This document shows positions 18,667 through 28,454 of a stretch of 64,000 bases of DNA, one piece after another. The stretch is from Planctomycetota bacterium. Its GTDB lineage: Bacteria > Planctomycetota > GCA-002687715 > DRQF01. The stretch covers positions 816-64,815 of the forward strand of contig JALTLO010000022.1 of the NCBI GenBank assembly GCA_027001995.1, in the 5' to 3' direction. The position numbers were made by a program, and so were the translations under genes. How positions within the stretch are numbered: position 1 is the stretch's first letter; each line of letters starts with the position of its first letter. Under the pieces are notes generated by a model. It did not search any database and had not been told where the DNA came from. It worked only from the letters and a program-made list of their open reading frames with translations.

Positions 18667-20994
18667 TCAAGAAGCAGGAGAGACTTTAGGCGAGGAAGGA
18701 GCGACGGCCGAGCCCCCTTCTGTCTTCCCGGTGGTGACAAAGGACCTTCCTGTCTTCAGCCCAATAACGAACCAAGCAAAACCTGCCACCCCAGACATGA
18801 AGATCACATCACCAATGATGCGCAACCAACGCAGGGTCTCCATGAATGGTTGTTGCATGAATTCTGCTGACCTGGCGTACCACATACCCTGCTCAACGCT
18901 TGCCCAAGTTTGAAACAAGCCAATTGGCAGAAGACTAAGCAAAACCATAAGCCCCAAACCAATGTTCATGCTCCAGAATGCGTAGCGCAAAGTACCTTGA
19001 CGCCAAACATGCTGAATTGTCAGCCTGCGCAAAATGACCAGAATCAAGCCCAGTGACAGCAGGCCATAAACACCGAACAAGGCGGTGTGAGCATGGACGG
19101 GTGTCGTATTCAGGCCTTGCATGTAGTAGAGGGAGATAGGGGGATTGATCATGAAGCCGAAAATACCGGCTCCAACAAAGTTCCAGAATGCAACCCCAAC
19201 GAAGAAGGTGATAGGCCAACGATAGCGCGTGGCCCAGTTCGCCAACTTCTGACTGCGGAAAGTCTCCCATGCTTCGAAGCCAACCAAAACCAATGGCACG
19301 ACTTCCAGAGCAGAGAAGCTGGCCCCAATAGCCATGGCAGAGATAGGTGTGCCGCAGAAGTAGAGATGATGCGCCGTCCCCGGGATTCCACTGACAAGGA
19401 ATATAGAAGTCGAGAACAAAGACGCCCGCGTCGCGCTGGACATACGAATCAAGCCAAGCTTTGCAAAAATGAAGGCAATGGCGGCGGTGGCGAAGACTTC
19501 GAAGAATCCTTCAACCCAGAGATGAACCACCCACCAACGCCAGTACTCTGCGATAGTCAAATGGGTCCTCGCGCCGATGAGGAGTGCCGCCGTATAGAAT
19601 AGACCGATTGCAACTGTCGAACCGGTGAACAGCAAGACCAAAGACCTGGAACGATCCTTCTTCACCAAAGCAGGCCACATGCCACGCAGCATCAAGAAGA
19701 GCCAAAGAACAACGCCAATGACAAAGAGAATCTGCCAGAAACGGCCTAAGTCAAGATACTCATAACCTTGATGCCCGAACCAAAAGCTCGACTCCAAGGA
19801 GAGCTTTTGATGGATCGCCAAGTACTCACCGGTCAACGAACCAACAACGACAACGAGAAGAGCGCCAAAGAGGACATTGACCCCCAGCTTCTGATGCTTC
19901 GGCTCACGCCCACCAATGATAGGAACCAAGAATAGACCAGCCCCAAGGAAAGCAGTGGCGATCCAGAAGAGTGCTGTTTGAAGATGCCAGGTTCGTGTCA
20001 GGCTGTAGGGCAAGTAGTCGGCTAGAGGGAAACCAAAGAATGCCTTACCCTCAACGGTATAGTGAGCTGTGATTGCCCCCAAAATGACTTGGACACAGAA
20101 AAGGGCAACGACGATATAAGCGTACTTTGCTACTGCTTTCATCGAAGGTGTGACTTCAATTTTGTCCAGAGGATCACGGTCCGGAACAACAAGTTCACCC
20201 TCTTCCCGATCGGTGAAGGCTTTGTACCACACAAGAGCACCGATACCGGCAATAAGCAGAACGATACTGATGATGGACCATAGAATGTTGGCCGAACTTG
20301 GTTCATTGCCAACAAGGGGCTCGTTAGGCCAGTTATTCGTGTACGAAACAGACGAGCCATCCCGCTCTGTGCTAGCAGCCCAAGAGGTCCAGAAGAAGAA
20401 CTTAGTCATGGCCTGCCGCCGTTCCAAGTCCGGCAAGGTATTGTCATTGAGGGCGTAGTCATCCCTCAACTGAGTCAACTCAGACTTGTCACCAAACAAA
20501 CCGACGTAATGATCAGCAACCCGCTTCATCGCTTCAGCGCGATTCGAAGAAATGATCAGAACGTCTTTTGCCTTATCGTAGCGGTTAGTCCGCATTTCTT
20601 TCTTGAGAGCAGCAGAAACAAGAGTTTTGTCGTCTTCTCCCAAAGACTCAAAAGACAAAGCCCCTCGTTCTTGAGACAGGATTTCCCTCAACTCGATAGC
20701 TTCCCGGTGCAACCAATCCGCAGACCAGTCTGGTGCTTGATAGGCGCCATGCCCCCAGACAGAACCATTTTGTTGACCACCGATACTCTGCCAGACAACT
20801 TGCCCTTGCAAGATGTCATCCTTCGTCATGATAGCCTGACCATCTTCCGTTTGAATCGTCCCAGGAATCGGCGGTGCTTGTCGATAAATCTCCCGGCCCG
20901 TCCAACCTAAGATCGTAAATGTGATGACCAGGACGATCCCCAGTCCAATCCAAAGTTTGCGGTAGGAGATGACGCTACCCGTCGGGTTGCTCAT
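18667..20994 (-). CDS. norZ: Quinol-dependent nitric oxide reductase (qNOR, NorB/NorZ large subunit, heme-copper oxidase superfamily)
   Basis: The motif WWVVHLWVEGFFEVF contains HLWVEG, the NorB helix-VI His plus catalytic Glu. His-rich transmembrane helices are present (GTAHHLYF, HAHTALFGVYG). The protein is about 775 aa with an N-terminal extension, as in qNOR. The listed ATG at 21057 sits inside the sigma-54 promoter. The ATG at 20994 has AAGGAAG 5 nt upstream, so I use 20994. Confidence 0.85.
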   Translation of the reverse strand: MSNPTGSVISYRKLWIGLGIVLVITFTILGWTGREIYRQAPPIPGTIQTEDGQAIMTKDDILQGQVVWQSIGGQQNGSVWGHGAYQAPDWSADWLHREAIELREILSQERGALSFESLGEDDKTLVSAALKKEMRTNRYDKAKDVLIISSNRAEAMKRVADHYVGLFGDKSELTQLRDDYALNDNTLPDLERRQAMTKFFFWTSWAASTERDGSSVSYTNNWPNEPLVGNEPSSANILWSIISIVLLIAGIGALVWYKAFTDREEGELVVPDRDPLDKIEVTPSMKAVAKYAYIVVALFCVQVILGAITAHYTVEGKAFFGFPLADYLPYSLTRTWHLQTALFWIATAFLGAGLFLVPIIGGREPKHQKLGVNVLFGALLVVVVGSLTGEYLAIHQKLSLESSFWFGHQGYEYLDLGRFWQILFVIGVVLWLFLMLRGMWPALVKKDRSRSLVLLFTGSTVAIGLFYTAALLIGARTHLTIAEYWRWWVVHLWVEGFFEVFATAAIAFIFAKLGLIRMSSATRASLFSTSIFLVSGIPGTAHHLYFCGTPISAMAIGASFSALEVVPLVLVGFEAWETFRSQKLANWATRYRWPITFFVGVAFWNFVGAGIFGFMINPPISLYYMQGLNTTPVHAHTALFGVYGLLSLGLILVILRRLTIQHVWRQGTLRYAFWSMNIGLGLMVLLSLLPIGLFQTWASVEQGMWYARSAEFMQQPFMETLRWLRIIGDVIFMSGVAGFAWFVIGLKTGRSFVTTGKTEGGSAVAPSSPKVSPAS

Positions 20995-21045
20995 TATTGT
21001 CTTCCTTGTGTAGATGGACCCAAAAGCAGGTCGCACCTGCCACAA

Positions 21046-21061
21046 GGCAATTCCCATGCCA
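21046..21061 (-). promoter_or_regulatory. Sigma-54 -24/-12 promoter of the qNOR gene
   Basis: The minus strand reads TGGCAT-gggaa-TTGCC, a near-perfect TGGCAC-N5-TTGCA. It lies about 50 nt upstream of the ATG at 20994. Confidence 0.65.
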
Positions 21062-21098
21062 TCAAGGAACTGTTGTGAAATAAGGACTTATGCCTATT

Positions 21099-21161
21099 GT
21101 TGTTATTTTAACAACCAACTATTGGTTGTTCTTTTTACAACTTCGTTGTATAAACAACAAC
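21099..21161. promoter_or_regulatory. Three NorR-type enhancer boxes (GT-N7-AC family; here GTTGT-N7-ACAAC)
   Basis: Box 1 is GTTGTTATTTTAACAAC (21099-21115). Box 2 is GTTGTTCTTTTTACAAC (21125-21141). Box 3 is GTTGTATAAACAACAAC (21145-21161). A palindrome AACCAACTATTGGTT lies between boxes 1 and 2. The boxes sit 40-115 bp upstream of the sigma-54 promoter and abut the norR start. Confidence 0.6.
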
Positions 21162-21162
21162 C

Positions 21163-22701
21163 ATGGAACAACTCGACTCACTCCACGCCATCGCCGTCGA
21201 TCTCAATCAGTCCCTCTTGGCCAATGATCGCTATCAGAGATTGCTCACAGCAATCGATAAAGTGGCCCCCAGCGATGCCTCCTGCCTATTGCGCTTGGAA
21301 GGAGAAGAAATGGTCCCTCTTGCAGCCCGAGGTTTGGTTCCAGAGGCCTTGGGAATCCGCTATCGCCTGAGCGATCACCCCCGGTTGGCAATCATTGCTG
21401 CGGCGGAAAAGCCAGTGCGCTTTGCCAAAGACTCCTCCCTGTCTGATCCATTCGACGGTTTGGTGGAAGGCAATGCCCTTGAGGTCAATCACATCCACGC
21501 CTGCTTGGGGTGCCCTCTGCGGGTAGATGGCAAGCTCATCGGGATTCTCACCCTCGACGCTCTGAACCCAGAAGCCTTCCTCACCTTGGAAGACCTTTTT
21601 CTTCAAACGTTGGCAGCTCTTGCTGGGGCCGCTATGAGGACAGCAGCCCTCATCGACTCTCTATCTGAACAAGCCCGAAGAGAAGGGATGGTGGCAACAG
21701 AACTCATGAAGAGTTCTTTTCGAGGCGCCAATCAAGAAATGCTCGGAACATCTGCCGCGATGGAGAGATTGCGCTCGGAAATCAAATTGGTGGCGAGCAC
21801 CGACTATGCCGTTCTGATCACCGGAGAAACGGGTTCAGGGAAGGAATTGGTAGCCGCGGCGATTCACGAGTTCTCCCAAAGACCTCGGGCCCCTTTCATC
21901 CGGGTGAACTGCGCTGCCTTGCCAGAATCTCTGGCTGAGAGCGAGCTTTTCGGCCACAAACGGGGGGCGTTTTCCGGAGCCGATAACGACCGTGAAGGGA
22001 AATTCGTGGTCGCCGACGGGGGCACCCTCTTCCTCGACGAAATCGGCGAGTTGCCGTTGCCTCTCCAGGCAAAGCTACTTCGAGCCCTCCAAGATGGTGA
22101 GATTCAACGGGTGGGTGAAGACCGACAACGCAAAGTAGACGTGCGCCTGGTCACCGCCACCAACCGCAATCTAGAGTCTGAGGTGGCCGCTGGCCGCTTC
22201 CGGGAAGATCTCTATCACCGATTGGCGGTTTATCCCATTGTCGTCCCTGCACTTCGGGAACGGGCCTCTGACATCCCCCTCCTCATCGGCCATTTCTGCG
22301 AACGCATCCGCCGAAGGCACGGACTTCAAGAGGTCAGAATCGCCCCGGAGCTACGAGATCGACTCCAGCGAGCCAATTGGCCCGGCAACGTCCGCGAGTT
22401 GGAAAATACCATTGGTAGGCTCGTTCTACGGGCCTCGGGAACTTTGGCAGCCGGCACGAAGGTCTTTGTCCACGACTCCAGTACTTTGGCCTTAGAAAGC
22501 CAAATCCGACCTGGTTCACACCAGGATGCCAACCCGGAGGTGAGAACTGGCCTGAGGGAATCTGTTCGCGACTTCGAACGCCGTCTCATTATGAGAACGG
22601 TGGAGTCCAACGAAGGGAATTGGGCAGCCGCTGCCCGAAGTCTCAAGATCGACCGCAGCAATCTCTACAACTTGGCTAAGCGCTTAGGGTTGCGAGCATA
22701 G
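21163..22701 (+). CDS. norR: Sigma-54-dependent transcriptional activator NorR (GAF - AAA+ - HTH)
   Basis: It has an N-terminal GAF domain, the Walker A [15 protein letters not shown], the GAFTGA-type loop [16 protein letters not shown] and a C-terminal HTH. It is transcribed divergently from the qNOR gene. Confidence 0.85.
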   Translation: [512 protein letters not shown]

Positions 22702-22770
22702 CGAGGAAAGACGAAAACCCAGGGCAAAGAAGAAAAAACAATCGCCGAATAGGAACCAAAACCCTATCAT

Positions 22771-23376
22771 GTGCCCATGCCGACCGACCCCAACGCCGAA
22801 GATCTGTTTAACGCCCGCCGAGGTGACCGTGATGCCTTGGACCGACTCTTGGCGAAGTATCAAGATCAATTCCGCAATATGGCCCATTTTGAATTGGGAC
22901 CAGCTTTGCGAGCTCGTGTCCACACTTCTGACCTCCTTCAAAGTGCCTTCTTGGACGTCGTGAGGTCTATGGAGACATTTGAAGGTGAGACAGAGGAACA
23001 GTTTGTCCGTTGGTTCGGGCGCATCTTAGATCACAACATTCGTGACCGAGCTCGGTACTTTGATGCGCAGAAACGCAAGGGCGGCGACCCGGGAACAGTC
23101 TCAAGCATCCCAGACCAAGGCCCCACACCCAGTGCCGAAATCGGCTTACGTGAAGACCAAGCCCAAATCAGCAACGAAATCGAAGAGGCCCTCAAAGCTC
23201 TCAGCGAAGACCAAAGACGGGTGCTACAACTAAGGTTCAAAGACGGACTTACACACAAAGAAATCGCTGATGAGTTGGGGCGAACTCCAGAAGCCGTTCG
23301 TGTCCTTGTGTGGCGCGCTCGCAGCGCATTGGCATTGCAGCTACGCAAGAATTCATCGGAAAAATTAGAAAAGTAG
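22771..23376 (+). CDS. ECF-type RNA polymerase sigma factor (sigma-70 regions 2 and 4)
   Basis: Region 2 (LLQSAFLDVV...FVRWFGRIL) and region 4 (LSEDQRRVLQLRFKDGLTHKEIADELG) are both present. The start is GTG at 22771 or ATG at 22777. Confidence 0.85.
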   Translation: MPMPTDPNAEDLFNARRGDRDALDRLLAKYQDQFRNMAHFELGPALRARVHTSDLLQSAFLDVVRSMETFEGETEEQFVRWFGRILDHNIRDRARYFDAQKRKGGDPGTVSSIPDQGPTPSAEIGLREDQAQISNEIEEALKALSEDQRRVLQLRFKDGLTHKEIADELGRTPEAVRVLVWRARSALALQLRKNSSEKLEK

Positions 23377-23525
23377 CGAATTAGAGTAACGGGTGACCAG
23401 TTTCAGCGCCCAGAGAGTGTCCCGAGTCTTACCGAGGTGACGTCCTCTCCCCAACAAACACGTCACCGGAATTCGGGTCGAAACCGAATGCTGAGAGCGT
23501 ACCAATACCCAGGAGAAACACAGAA

Positions 23526-24665
23526 ATGAAATTCGCACAATTCACCCTTTTACTGGCAGCACTCCTGCTCATCGGCCAACCTTTGATGGCCCAAATTGGG
23601 ACGCCGGGTGCCCCAAATCAAAGCCTTGTCTTGCAGGTCGAGAACAACACTAACGACCCATTTGGCAGTAAGCTTTTCAAGATTGAGGGAGCCGCAGGTA
23701 CATGGACCCATGTACTCATGACCTGTTTCTTGCCTCGAGGAGACGAAGACTTACAACGTTTTCCTTGGATGGAGCTGATCGAAACAGACCTGAGCGGTGA
23801 TCCGAATCACTACTTGACAGACCAAGCGAAACTCATTGTCGACCAGACCTTCCTCTACGACCTCATCAACCGGGCCGGCAGCGTCGCCGGAGAGGAACAA
23901 CTTGTCGGCGACGTTTGGCAGAACTTGCCAGGCCCAAACGCCGGCCCGAGCTCCTTCTATTGGGAAGCGCGCCCATTGAATTGGCAAGGGAACAGTCAAT
24001 CCGATGACGTTCGGTCAAGCTGGTCCCAAAGACGCGAGTACGAAAACGTCGCCGGCTTGGCAGGCAACGCCTTCAGCATGAACAAATGTGCGATTTGGGC
24101 CATGAGAAAACAAGCTGGTAGTGAAGCTCTTGGGAACGCTGCTTGGGAGGATGAAGCAAAGAATTGGATCCTAGAGGGTCGCCTCCATATCGCTTTTCAA
24201 GCAGTCAGCTTAGTCGACCAAGAGTCCTTTCTTTCGCCAACAAATCCTGATGGAACAGTAGCCGGACTCGAAGACTTGCCAGAACCACCCAAAGTTCAAA
24301 TCAGTCCAAAGGTAGTCGTCCAACTGGTCAAAGGCGGCTTGGGGCTCACCTACGACCCCAACCTGCCAGCCTACGCCGGGCAAATCTTTGAAGCCCGACA
24401 AGACGACGTCTTGACTGTTCCTATGAAAGGCATTGTCCTACCCCTAAAAATGACCATCAAAGCCGGCAATCGTACGTTCGCACTGAACGGACGTCTGGCC
24501 TCTCGCCTCGGACATGCAACTTTTGACTTGCCCGCTATCATCACTGCTGGCCAGACGATCGAATGCCTCGACATTGCCAACGCCTTTTACGGACCGCTCC
24601 CCATTAGCAGCGCTCTTCCAGTCGTAACTGTGATGGCCCCAGTTGCTGTTGTAGCCGGGCCCTAA
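23526..24665 (+). CDS. Secreted protein of unknown function (signal peptide)
   Basis: It has the signal peptide MKFAQFTLLLAALLLIGQPLMAQ. I recognise no domain. It lies between the ECF sigma factor and the Ser/Thr kinase. Confidence 0.5.
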   Translation: MKFAQFTLLLAALLLIGQPLMAQIGTPGAPNQSLVLQVENNTNDPFGSKLFKIEGAAGTWTHVLMTCFLPRGDEDLQRFPWMELIETDLSGDPNHYLTDQAKLIVDQTFLYDLINRAGSVAGEEQLVGDVWQNLPGPNAGPSSFYWEARPLNWQGNSQSDDVRSSWSQRREYENVAGLAGNAFSMNKCAIWAMRKQAGSEALGNAAWEDEAKNWILEGRLHIAFQAVSLVDQESFLSPTNPDGTVAGLEDLPEPPKVQISPKVVVQLVKGGLGLTYDPNLPAYAGQIFEARQDDVLTVPMKGIVLPLKMTIKAGNRTFALNGRLASRLGHATFDLPAIITAGQTIECLDIANAFYGPLPISSALPVVTVMAPVAVVAGP

Positions 24666-24716
24666 CCCTCCGAAACAACCACCCCTACTGTTCAACGGCC
24701 CAAAAGCCGAACGAAA

Positions 24717-24751
24717 CCCCTTGCGCCCTCAGAGCGTAAGGGGCTTTTTTG
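24717..24751 (+). terminator. Rho-independent terminator
   Basis: CCCCTTGCGC-cctcaga-GCGTAAGGGG is followed by CTTTTTT. Confidence 0.75.
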
Positions 24752-25208
24752 ATAAGACAACGGAGATTCAGTTCCACAAGTGGCCTGGATTCACACCAAC
24801 CGGAAAAAAAGGTCTCTTCCACCAGAAAAGCAAACGCCCCAGGGCAGAACGCCCCAGACCCAAGCCAACCATCGTCGGGAGCAACTCCAAGGGTTTTCAA
24901 CAAACACAGTACTCGGGCCAAGGTCAAGGAAGAGGATATCAAGAATGGCGCCTCACATAGATAAACAGTGAGACATCCTCTTCGTTTTTCATTCACATGG
25001 TCCTGCGGAACGACAAACCCAGAGATCGAACGCCAGGCAAACTCTGGCTATAATGTGTCCCGAAGAGAAGTCTTAAGAGGTGCTGCCCCAAGCACTCAAT
25101 GAGGAGGGCATTTCCTCACGCGACGGCCGCGATCCCATAAATGAATCGGGATAGGAACAGGCAAGGTGGCACCGAAGCACACTCTTGGGCGACGACTTGT
25201 GGGAGAAC

Positions 25209-27908
25209 TTAACGTCCAGCAACTGTGCGAATCCAAGAACCACCTGGCATGTCGTCGGAATAGTAGGGCGCGGCTTTCTTGGCTGCGACAATGCAACCCT
25301 TCCCGTCACCCAAGCCATAGCAGATGTTCGCCAAAATGAAGTAGGCGGAAGCAACTTTCGCCTCAAAAGCCTTGACTGTCCCGATGCCGTCATACTTAAC
25401 ATGAATCGCGATAACGTCCTTTGTCTCCATCATGAGATCTTCGAAGTCCTTCGAGTCCATTTCGGCACGAGCTGGACCTTGCATGACTTGATTGAAGACA
25501 AGATTCATGAATATTCGACGGGCAAAAGGATCGTGGGGGGCATAAGTCATCGCCGATCGCGCATATCCCAATGCCGCTTCGACGCTTTCTAAGCGCAAGG
25601 AAGTCCAGGCTTTAACATTCATGAACTTGCCAAGGGCTAATTTGTATCTCGAGCCTGCAATCAATCTATCTGCATCCCTATCAATCTCTTTGAGCAATTC
25701 TAATTGCTCATGAGTCAAGGACAGAGAAGCTTCTGGCCCTTCGGGAATCACCTTAGCAAAACGAACTTGCAATTTGGCAACCTCAAGAAGCTCGTAGGTC
25801 CGGCCAATCCGGAATACAGGTGTTGCCGCTTGGAGAAGTTTCAAAGCTTCATCCTGCTGGCCCAGGGCAACAAGAACCGTCGCTTGATATCGACTCAAGG
25901 TGGGATGATGAGGCCATCGTTTGAGCCCAGCCTGAAGGAGATCCGCGAATTTCTTCTCGTCACCCATTCGTCGGAACATGGCCGCCTCAATGGCAAAAGA
26001 GAAGGGACCATGGGCGTCCTTTGGTATACGCTTAAGTGCTGCTCGGGCTTCCTTAAAATGCCCGAGAATGGCTGCGGTGTGGGCGCAAAACCGATCCACC
26101 AAGACCGACTCCTGCTCGTCATTGCTCAGAGCCATGAATAACTCTCTTGCCCGCTCGAATTCTCCACGCTCAAAAGCCAAAGAGCCTGACATTTGCAAGG
26201 GGCGACGACGGTCTTCACCAAAGGCCAAAGCTTGGTCGATTTCTTTCGTCACTTCAGCTTGAGGACGTCCCATGCTTTGAAGGATCGAGGCGCAAAGGGC
26301 CGATTCGTCGGAAGATTGAGAAGCTTGAAGTAAGGGGCCGGGCCACGGTTTTCCTTCGAGAAGGAGGGCCAAGAGGCAAGCTCCTCGAGACGCCGTCGGT
26401 GATTGGAGAGAGCCAAATCTCTCCAACGCGGCTTTGGCTTCCTCCTTGCGTCCACACAGAGTGTCCGCCAGGATCTTCGCCAAGTCAAAAGCCCGAGGGT
26501 TAATAGCTCTAGAATCATGTTTCTTGCAGTTGTTCAGAGCACGATCAAGCTGATTCACCAACACATCGGAAGATGGATCGATGGCCAAGTTCATGAAGCG
26601 CTCGTAAGCCGCTCTTGCATCCAGTCGCGCCAGCCAAGCTTGAGCCTCAGAATTGCCCGGATCTCGCTTCAAAAGGTCGAGGGCAAAAAGGCGAGCCGTT
26701 TTTCTTTGGCCCCCTTCAAAGGCAACCGCCACTTGTTCAAGGCCAGCGTCAAGTTGGAGCTTCTTCTCTCGCTTCCCTACACCCCACAAACCGAAGAAGA
26801 TGAGGGCAATGGCGACTAAAGACGCCAGACTGAAGGACAAGGCTTTTCGCCTGCGGACAGTGCGAATAAGTTTCCGCACGGGACCCACCGAGCGCGTTGA
26901 AATGGCCCTGCCAGTGGCAAATCTCTCCAGTTCTTCGGCGAACTTACCCGCTGATTGAAATCGTGCGCCTGGATCCTTTTCCAGGGCTTTTTGAATGAGG
27001 ATCTCTAAGTCACGATCGGCTGCGGGTAAGGACAGAGATGGTGGATCATTGAGGACGATCCGCCGTGCCAAACGCACTTGATCTTGATCTTCGAAGGGAG
27101 GACCACCGGCGCAAAGGCTATAAAGAGTGGCTCCCAAGGCGTAAAGATCTGTACGGGGATCATGCCCGGCTGTTTTCGATTCGATTTGTTCTGGGGCCAA
27201 ATAGGGCAGCGTTCCTGCCACGACTCCTTCTTGGGTCAGATTGGGGTCACTTCGCCCCCGTGCTAAGCCGAAATCAACAACAAAGACTTTGTCCGAATCT
27301 AAAACGATATTGGCTGGTTTGATATCCCGATGAACCACACCGCAAGCATGAGTCTGCTCCAAACACCGGGCAACACAGGCACCAATTTCTGCCACCCGCT
27401 GAGGACTGAAATCGAGATCCCCTTCGTCTAACCCTGGGCCAGTCAGCCATTTCATGGCGATGTAGAAGAACCCCTTGTCCTCTCCAACACCATAAATGGG
27501 GACGATATTAGGGTGATCGAGGGCTGCAGTGATTTCCGCTTCACGCTTAAAGCGAAGCTTGGCACGGGGATCCCCCATGGCCTTCTCGTCCAAGACTTTG
27601 AGAGCCACCATACGTCCCAAACCGACTTGCTCTGCTAAATAGACCCGCCCCATGCCACCTTTGCCGATGCCATGGCGAAGCCGAAATTCCCCCAGGACCT
27701 CCGCTGGAAGTCCCTTTTCTCCAGGCCCACAGCTTCCCTGCATACTGTCAATAAACAGCTGCTCTGAGTCCGTTGCTTGTCGAAGCTCTTCCATCAGTGC
27801 GATGTCGCCGCGACAAATCGTCTTTATGTCGGGAATCTCCCCAGATTCCAAAGCCTTAAACCACGATTCTAAGGCTCCTTCGAGGGGATCTATCATGCCA
27901 TGGGCCAT
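25209..27908 (-). CDS. Ser/Thr protein kinase with C-terminal TPR-repeat domain
   Basis: It has the motifs GKGGMGRVYLA, VALKVL, HRDIKPANIVL, DFGLA and APE. One transmembrane segment follows the kinase domain, then about 550 aa of TPR-like helical repeats. The start is ATG at 27908 or GTG at 27920. Confidence 0.85.
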   Translation of the reverse strand: MAHGMIDPLEGALESWFKALESGEIPDIKTICRGDIALMEELRQATDSEQLFIDSMQGSCGPGEKGLPAEVLGEFRLRHGIGKGGMGRVYLAEQVGLGRMVALKVLDEKAMGDPRAKLRFKREAEITAALDHPNIVPIYGVGEDKGFFYIAMKWLTGPGLDEGDLDFSPQRVAEIGACVARCLEQTHACGVVHRDIKPANIVLDSDKVFVVDFGLARGRSDPNLTQEGVVAGTLPYLAPEQIESKTAGHDPRTDLYALGATLYSLCAGGPPFEDQDQVRLARRIVLNDPPSLSLPAADRDLEILIQKALEKDPGARFQSAGKFAEELERFATGRAISTRSVGPVRKLIRTVRRRKALSFSLASLVAIALIFFGLWGVGKREKKLQLDAGLEQVAVAFEGGQRKTARLFALDLLKRDPGNSEAQAWLARLDARAAYERFMNLAIDPSSDVLVNQLDRALNNCKKHDSRAINPRAFDLAKILADTLCGRKEEAKAALERFGSLQSPTASRGACLLALLLEGKPWPGPLLQASQSSDESALCASILQSMGRPQAEVTKEIDQALAFGEDRRRPLQMSGSLAFERGEFERARELFMALSNDEQESVLVDRFCAHTAAILGHFKEARAALKRIPKDAHGPFSFAIEAAMFRRMGDEKKFADLLQAGLKRWPHHPTLSRYQATVLVALGQQDEALKLLQAATPVFRIGRTYELLEVAKLQVRFAKVIPEGPEASLSLTHEQLELLKEIDRDADRLIAGSRYKLALGKFMNVKAWTSLRLESVEAALGYARSAMTYAPHDPFARRIFMNLVFNQVMQGPARAEMDSKDFEDLMMETKDVIAIHVKYDGIGTVKAFEAKVASAYFILANICYGLGDGKGCIVAAKKAAPYYSDDMPGGSWIRTVAGR

Positions 27909-28454
27909 GGGTTTCTCCACTGGTAAGGCCGTATTCTATCCGAAAACGGTCCCAAGGTCTTCACCGCTGAGTACTTACAATCGTTCTTGGATCTTTCGAG
28001 CTAAAAGGCTTCTCGAGAACACATAAAGGTGCGGGGATTTCCAAGCTGGAAACCCCCGCTGAAAAATCCCTCAAAAACACGCCTGTGTCGTTGACTGAAT
28101 GTGGGCGTCTTGCCGCCACTCTCTAAGGCGCATTCATTAGGGAAGCGTTACGAGAAAACTTAACTTTTATTATCCGCCCTATTCGTCAACCCTCTTCTCC
28201 TTGCCTCGAGGCGCGGCGGGCGCTGCGAACAGAAAGACTTGCTTTACAATGAGGTTCCTGAAGATTAGGATTTCGTCTGTTGATCACCGGGTTCTTTCTG
28301 TGGTGGTAAGGACCTGCGACCGTGATGCCCAACGTCACCCTCGCCTTCGTACGTGATCGATCCAACTACAATTTGCCCTTGAGAATCGCGCCGATAGTCC
28401 GGATGTGTCGCGTCCCTGTCGCTCTATCGGTGTGTGGAAAGTGAGAGATCATTC

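Noticed and set aside
21014-21370. The ORF 21014-21370 and the ATG at 21057 as the qNOR start
   Set aside because: Both overlap the sigma-54 promoter and NorR boxes. The upstream 21 codons lack an RBS. The ATG at 20994 has a strong AAGGAAG Shine-Dalgarno.
25150-25180. TGGCAC at 25163 as a sigma-54 promoter
   Set aside because: No TTGC or GC element follows at the required 5-nt spacing.
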